Source: Candidatus Beckwithbacteria bacterium
GTDB taxonomy: Bacteria > Patescibacteriota > Microgenomatia > UBA1400 > UBA1449
DNA length: 64,000 bases
Reading direction: 5' to 3'
Assembly (NCBI GenBank): GCA_012797845.1
Contig: JAAZOH010000038.1
Coordinates: 11,919-75,918, forward strand
The translations under genes were made by a program, and so were the position numbers. This document shows, piece after piece, positions 58,855 to 64,000 of this stretch. Numbering within the stretch: the stretch's first letter is position 1; each line of letters begins with the position of its first letter. The notes beneath the pieces were generated by a model that worked only from the letters and a program-made list of their open reading frames with translations, did not search any database and was not told the DNA's origin.

Positions 58855-59376
58855 ATGAGTGATCAAGAGACAATTTTAATTGTTAATGAAAATGATGAAG
58901 TTGTGGGTTCAGCTCCGCGCAAGCAAGCTCAGCAACAAGGATTGTGGCATCGGATTGTTTGTGTTTATATTGTTAATTCTAAGGGAGAAATTTACATTCA
59001 AAAACGTGGTTCACAAGTTGATCTTTATCCCAATGTGTGGGATCATTCCTCGGCTGGTCATGTTGATAGCGGTGAAGACGTGGTTATAGCAGCTAAAAGA
59101 GAGCTTTTTGAAGAATTAGGAATTAAGGCTAAAAAACTAACTCAAATTGCCTACTATAAACGGCAAAGTCAGTATAAAGATCGAGTCTTAAATCGATACT
59201 GGTATTTATATGAATACCGATATGACGGGCCAATTAAGCTACAAAAATCAGAAATTAGCGAAGGTAAATTTGTGTCTCCAACTTGGCTTAAAAAAGATAT
59301 AAAAGATTATCCAGACAAGTATACTGGTGGATGTAAGGAAACATTTAGGAACTATCTTATCTATCATAATTTATGA
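58855..59376 (+). CDS. NUDIX hydrolase
   Basis: GEDVVIAAKRELFEELGI Nudix box. Confidence 0.65.
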   Translation: MSDQETILIVNENDEVVGSAPRKQAQQQGLWHRIVCVYIVNSKGEIYIQKRGSQVDLYPNVWDHSSAGHVDSGEDVVIAAKRELFEELGIKAKKLTQIAYYKRQSQYKDRVLNRYWYLYEYRYDGPIKLQKSEISEGKFVSPTWLKKDIKDYPDKYTGGCKETFRNYLIYHNL

Positions 59377-60026
59377 ATCAAAAGATAATTAGTAAAACCA
59401 AAGCTTTTGTTAAAAACTATTTTGCTAAAGATACCACTGGTCATGATTATGCTCATACCTATCGAGTTTGGCAGATGGCTAGAAAGATTTATCAAAAAGA
59501 AAAGCAAGGCGATTTGAGAATTATCGAACTAGCAGCTCTACTCCATGATGTGGGTGACTGGAAAAAAAGCCAACAACTAGAATATGAAGGGGCCAGCCAA
59601 GTTAAAAAATGGCTAGAAAAACTAGCTGTAAAACAAGATGCAATTGATCATATTATTTTCATTTGCCAACACATTTCTTTCAAAGGCGCAGAGGTCGAAA
59701 ATAAAATTACCAGTATTGAAGGCAAGATTGTCCAAGATGCTGACCGGCTCGAGGCTATGGGTGCTATTGGGATTGCTAGGACTTTTATATATGGCGGAGC
59801 AGTAGGGAGAAGTATGCATGATCCGACTAAAAAACCCGTTTTAGCTAGTAAATATATAATCCAATCCAAAGAACAAAGTACTACTATTAACCATTTTTAC
59901 GAGAAACTGCTTCTACTTAAAAACAGGATGCATACCAAAACAGCTAAAAAACTAGCGCAAGGACGGCATGAATTTATGCAAGCATATTTAAAGCAGTTTT
60001 ATAAAGAGTGGGAAGGTAAAGCATAG
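59373..60026 (+). CDS. HD domain phosphohydrolase
   Basis: HDYAHTYRV...LHDVGD motifs. Confidence 0.6.
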   Translation: MNQKIISKTKAFVKNYFAKDTTGHDYAHTYRVWQMARKIYQKEKQGDLRIIELAALLHDVGDWKKSQQLEYEGASQVKKWLEKLAVKQDAIDHIIFICQHISFKGAEVENKITSIEGKIVQDADRLEAMGAIGIARTFIYGGAVGRSMHDPTKKPVLASKYIIQSKEQSTTINHFYEKLLLLKNRMHTKTAKKLAQGRHEFMQAYLKQFYKEWEGKA

Positions 60027-60089
60027 CTGTTTACAAGTTTTATAAATCCGCTTCTTAATTTATCTTTCAAAATCCCTTATTCTATTAGT

Positions 60090-60866
60090 ATGACCAAAGT
60101 TAAGATTCCGCCAGTTCATCTTTTTTTTGTTCGCATATTTTTTAAAGTTATTAACTTTAATATCAAAAAAATTGGCTTACAGGGAACGTTTCAGAAGCTG
60201 GCTATTATTTCTTGTTCTAAATTTGACGTTATTTTTGAATCGCCTGAAGTAAAAAAAATTTTGATTGAAAAACCGGTAATACTTGTTTCCAATCATCCCC
60301 ACGAATTTGACCCCTTTGTGCTCTTGGCTGGATTGCCAAAACGAAAAAAGCTATTTATGATTGCTGGATCTGACTTTATGGCTATTAATGTCTATTTGAA
60401 TAAATATTTGATACCAGTATATGTGTATCATCATACAGATTTGAGAATTAAACAAAAGAGGCGCATAAGATATATGCGAAAATATCTTATTCCAAACAAA
60501 TTTACGATTGAAGAAGCACATAAAAGAAATATCAAAAGTATTACACTTGCAAGTACAAAAATTAGACAAGGGGCTTTGGTAGCTATTTTCCCTGCAGGAC
60601 CTCTTAATAAAAGTTGGTATAGTGGAGTTGGTTACCTTATCAAGCAAGCTAAAAACAAAGATCTTCAAGTTGTTCAAGCCTATATTAATGGAACTTCTGA
60701 CTTGGACTATTTGCGATTTTTACCTCTAGTCGGTTTAATTTTGCCAAAGGTAAAACTGCATTTTAGCCTTTATAGGAAGTCTCAAAGTTTAATAAAGAAA
60801 GAACCTAAACAAATCGCTAAAACTTTGGAAGCAGATTATAATAAATGGATTAAAACACTTCATTGA
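60090..60866 (+). CDS. lysophospholipid (PlsC-like) acyltransferase
   Basis: NHPHEFD (HX4D) and FPAGPL motifs. Confidence 0.55.
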   Translation: MTKVKIPPVHLFFVRIFFKVINFNIKKIGLQGTFQKLAIISCSKFDVIFESPEVKKILIEKPVILVSNHPHEFDPFVLLAGLPKRKKLFMIAGSDFMAINVYLNKYLIPVYVYHHTDLRIKQKRRIRYMRKYLIPNKFTIEEAHKRNIKSITLASTKIRQGALVAIFPAGPLNKSWYSGVGYLIKQAKNKDLQVVQAYINGTSDLDYLRFLPLVGLILPKVKLHFSLYRKSQSLIKKEPKQIAKTLEADYNKWIKTLH

Positions 60867-60907
60867 AAAAGTCTCTCGACGAGTTCGAGATGACAAATTA
60901 AAAATGT

Positions 60908-62368
60908 ATGTTTAAGATCAAAATTTGGCAGTTTTTTCTGGCCACTTTTTTACTTACCTTCATTCTCTTTTACCCTGCTTTAAACACTTTTAACACTCAT
61001 GATGATTTTTTTCATTTCAATATTTCTCGAGCCGAAAACTTTAAAACTTTCTTAGATTTTTTCAATCCGACCAAAACTATTGATGGTTGGAATTTCTATC
61101 GGCCTCTGTCAACTCAAGCCTTTTATTTTTTAATCGCCACTGTTTTTACATACAATGCTTTTGGGGCTCATCTTCTGTTGTTTTTACTATTTTTTGCCTT
61201 GTTAGGATTAGTTTTTTTCTTTTTCAAAGAATTTACAAAGGATAAAAGTATTGCCTTTTTAGCTACTTTTTTTTACGGGATTTCAGCCAGTCACTTTGCT
61301 CATATATATTTTGTTGGCAGTCAGGAAATTATCCATGGCTTGTGTTATTTAACTGCCTTACTTTTTTGGACAAAGTTTGTTAAAAGCAGCCGACTTGTTT
61401 TTTTCTATTTTACTTTAGTAGCAACGATACTAGCTTTAACTGCTAAAGAGTTTGCAATCACCTTGCCATTTCTGATGATAGGGATTTATATATGGTTTAA
61501 CTTGCAAAAAGAAAGCAGGCTAAAATTTAAACATATTTTTTTGGCTTTAGTACCTTTGTTTATTTTAGTTGCTATTTATGGCTATATTAAAATCATATTT
61601 CAAAATCCGGCTGGCTCAGACTCATATCTTTTGTATTTTTCCCCTAGAATTTTAGCCAATAGCTTGGCTTGGTATGGTTTATGGGCGTTAAATTTACCGG
61701 AAATGTTGGTTGATTTTATCTCCTTTGATGGCTCTATCAATCCCAATCTTTGGTTATTTTGGTCAAAACAAATTATTCCAATTTTTACTTTGTTTGGCTT
61801 AAGCTTCTTAATATTAATTTGGCAGTTTATACAAGCTTGTCGTAGGCAAAAAACCCAAACACTTCATTTACTTGCTTTTTGTGTTTTAGAATTTACCATC
61901 TATCTGGCTCCAGTTCTATTTCTGCCTTGGCACAAATTTGCAATGTATCTGACTATTCCCCTCCTTTTTGTTTCCTTATTTGTTGCTCAACTATTTTCTA
62001 TACAAAACACTAAAAAAAGTTTAATAGCTACTTTCCTGATTGTTAATTTATTACTTTCCTGGAGCACATTACAGCTGACCCATCAAACTCACTGGATTAG
62101 TCAGGGGGCTCAGACTGCTAGGAAAGTTTACAATTTTATGAATCAAAACTATAAAGATAAAGCTGCAACAATTGCTTTTTATGATCAAAAAACAGATTTA
62201 GATCTACCCTGGTTACCATCACAGCAACTCAAAGTGATTTTATCTGATCAAAACTTTTTCAAGGTTTTTTATGATGGTACAATCAAAGCTCAGTATCTAA
62301 CTGTTGATGAAGTAGCCAGTTCAACGGCTGCTATTAAAATTCCGGCCCGGCAGTTTTTAGGATATTAG
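60908..62368 (+). CDS. polytopic membrane protein, GT-C-like
   Basis: 486 aa, >10 TM. Confidence 0.4.
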   Translation: MFKIKIWQFFLATFLLTFILFYPALNTFNTHDDFFHFNISRAENFKTFLDFFNPTKTIDGWNFYRPLSTQAFYFLIATVFTYNAFGAHLLLFLLFFALLGLVFFFFKEFTKDKSIAFLATFFYGISASHFAHIYFVGSQEIIHGLCYLTALLFWTKFVKSSRLVFFYFTLVATILALTAKEFAITLPFLMIGIYIWFNLQKESRLKFKHIFLALVPLFILVAIYGYIKIIFQNPAGSDSYLLYFSPRILANSLAWYGLWALNLPEMLVDFISFDGSINPNLWLFWSKQIIPIFTLFGLSFLILIWQFIQACRRQKTQTLHLLAFCVLEFTIYLAPVLFLPWHKFAMYLTIPLLFVSLFVAQLFSIQNTKKSLIATFLIVNLLLSWSTLQLTHQTHWISQGAQTARKVYNFMNQNYKDKAATIAFYDQKTDLDLPWLPSQQLKVILSDQNFFKVFYDGTIKAQYLTVDEVASSTAAIKIPARQFLGY

Positions 62369-62369
62369 T

Positions 62370-63164
62370 ATGAATAATCAAGCTATTGGTATTTTTGATT
62401 CTGGGATTGGCGGACTGACTGTAGCTACCCAAATTGCTAAAGTTTTACCAAACGAATCATTAGTATATTTGGGCGATACAGCTCGAGTGCCCTATGGTAC
62501 TAGAGGATCAAGCGTTATTAAACAATTTTCAAAAGAGTTAGTTACATTTCTCCTTTCTAAAAAAGTAAAAGCATTAGTGGTAGCTTGCAATACTATTTCA
62601 GCGGTAGCTTTGGAAGATCTTTTCAAAAATTGCCCTGTGCCAATTATCGGAGTTGTCAAACCAACTGTAGCCGAAGTAATCAAAACGTCCAAAAGCAAGC
62701 GGGTTGGAGTGATTGGCACTAAAGCCACTATTGCTAGCCAAATTTATAAAAAAGAAATATATGAACTTGATCCTTTGTTTCAAGTCTACCAAGTGGCGGC
62801 ACCGATGTTGGTACCTTTAGTTGAAGAAGGTTTGCAAAATCATGGTGCTACCAAATTACTACTGCTGGAATATCTTGATCCGATTTTAGATAAAATTGAC
62901 ACTTTAGTTTTAGGTTGTACTCATTATCCACTTTTAACTCATACCATTAAAGAATTAATAAATCCTAAAATTACTATTGTTGAATCCGGTTTGCCAACTG
63001 CCAGAGCTTTGCAAGAACTTTTACAAAAAAAGCAGTTATTAGCCCAAAAAAAATCAGCACAATCCAAATTTTATTTTACTGATCTAACCGAGCAAACTAA
63101 AAAAATAGCTGGACAGTTTTTTGGCGGGCAAAAACCACAACCTATTGAGAAAATAAAACTATGA
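62370..63164 (+). CDS. murI: glutamate racemase
   Basis: IGIFDSGIGGLTV, VVACNT and LGCTHYPLL motifs. Confidence 0.85.
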   Translation: MNNQAIGIFDSGIGGLTVATQIAKVLPNESLVYLGDTARVPYGTRGSSVIKQFSKELVTFLLSKKVKALVVACNTISAVALEDLFKNCPVPIIGVVKPTVAEVIKTSKSKRVGVIGTKATIASQIYKKEIYELDPLFQVYQVAAPMLVPLVEEGLQNHGATKLLLLEYLDPILDKIDTLVLGCTHYPLLTHTIKELINPKITIVESGLPTARALQELLQKKQLLAQKKSAQSKFYFTDLTEQTKKIAGQFFGGQKPQPIEKIKL

Positions 63165-63532
63165 AAATTTACCTTGTTCACGCTAAAGATTTAGATTATC
63201 AAAAAATATTATACAAACCGATTATAGATTCTGAGCTTTGGCAAAAATATATTTGGACTCTACCCTATCTTAAATCTAACAAAACTAAACATTCCAAAGA
63301 AATTATTAAAGAAGCTGAATTGATAGTGGCTGAAGTTAGCTTACCTTCCACTGGTATGGGAATAGAGCTAGGGTGGGCAGAAATGTTTGGAAAACTGATT
63401 TTGTGTCTTCACCAAACAAGTAGCCAGCCTTCTCGCTCTTTGTACAAAATAACTGATAATTTTATTGCTTATAGTAATAGTCAGGAAATGCTTAAAAAGT
63501 TAGAAGATTTTATTTCACAAGTGCAATTATAA
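63161..63532 (+). CDS. nucleoside 2-deoxyribosyltransferase-like protein
   Basis: GMGIELGWAEMFGKLIL motif. Confidence 0.5.
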   Translation: MKIYLVHAKDLDYQKILYKPIIDSELWQKYIWTLPYLKSNKTKHSKEIIKEAELIVAEVSLPSTGMGIELGWAEMFGKLILCLHQTSSQPSRSLYKITDNFIAYSNSQEMLKKLEDFISQVQL

Positions 63533-63932
63533 GTGTTCCGGCTGTCATCAAAATAGTTCCTAAAGCTACTGACCAAGTAATCTTTTCCTTTAAAAGCAGG
63601 GCTGCTAAGATAATCGTAAAAACTAGACTCATTTTGTCAATAGGTACCACCTTATTGGCATTTCCCAGCTGCAAAGCCCGAAAATAAAATAGCCATGACA
63701 TGCCTGTAGCTAATCCAGACAAGATTAAAAACAGTAGAGTATATTTGCTGATACTGCCAAGCTGTTTGTATGTGCCTTGAGCAAAGACAATGCCCCAAGC
63801 AAACAGTAAAATTACCACAGTGCGGATAGCGGTAGCTAAATTGGAATTAACGTCTTTAATACCAATTTTTGCTAAAATGGCAGTCAGGGCAGCAAAGGTT
63901 GCTGATAAAAAAGCAAAGATAAGCCAGGTCAT
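63510..63932 (-). CDS. EamA/DMT-family small membrane transporter
   Basis: 4 TM, 140 aa. Confidence 0.45.
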   Translation of the reverse strand: MTWLIFAFLSATFAALTAILAKIGIKDVNSNLATAIRTVVILLFAWGIVFAQGTYKQLGSISKYTLLFLILSGLATGMSWLFYFRALQLGNANKVVPIDKMSLVFTIILAALLLKEKITWSVALGTILMTAGTLIIALVK

Positions 63933-64000
63933 AAGATGATATTAGTATACAGAATTTTTTGGATTTAGTTTAGCCATAATGCGTTGTTTTTGATTTTGAT

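Noticed and set aside
1-64000. CRISPR array, rRNA or prophage structural genes
   Set aside because: No regularly spaced direct repeats with unique spacers, no rRNA-like conserved stretches, and no capsid/terminase/integrase-like ORFs were seen. The only repeats are the 1.9-kb duplication, the purA 3' direct repeat and the short promoter-region repeats.

Overview
AT-rich bacterial chromosomal window with small, densely packed genes, many of them membrane or secreted proteins with GT-C/PMT-like folds, DUF2341 or DUF763. It looks like a CPR/Patescibacteria-type genome. All protein family assignments were made by eye from the translated ORFs. The right two thirds are mostly housekeeping genes: purA-purB, msrA-msrB, greA, murI, xth, a PlsC-like acyltransferase, three NUDIX hydrolases, two HD phosphohydrolases, three MFS transporters, an ABC-F ATPase and a Fic protein. 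The left ~9 kb is accessory and mosaic. It holds degenerate tRNA T-arm-like motifs, a NERD-domain protein, a truncated YgjP-like metallopeptidase fragment, a DUF2726 nuclease-like protein and an RNHCP-domain gene with no canonical start codon. It also holds the most interesting locus: an MvdD-type ATP-grasp RiPP maturase (graspetide family). That gene is flanked by two distant paralogous ~245-aa proteins that share an identical MSNEDL N-terminus and a conserved palindromic upstream element. A strongly SD-driven 63-aa candidate precursor peptide lies between them. Other structural signals: (1) a ~1.9-kb diverged segmental duplication (FecR-like anchored protein plus a convergent GH18-like hydrolase) bracketing a MacB/FtsX-HlyD ABC exporter whose ATPase carries a C-terminal cNMP-binding domain; (2) a pseudogene remnant of the gene that follows duplication copy 1; (3) an in-frame TAA splitting the N-terminus of a UbiB kinase; (4) a very AT-rich single-gene segment (GT-C-like membrane protein) inserted at the purA 3' end and bracketed by ~45-bp imperfect direct repeats; (5) a candidate transcription attenuator/leader upstream of an MFS transporter; (6) a tandem 12-13-bp repeat array in the fic/SDR divergent promoter. 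No CRISPR array, rRNA or convincing intact tRNA was seen.
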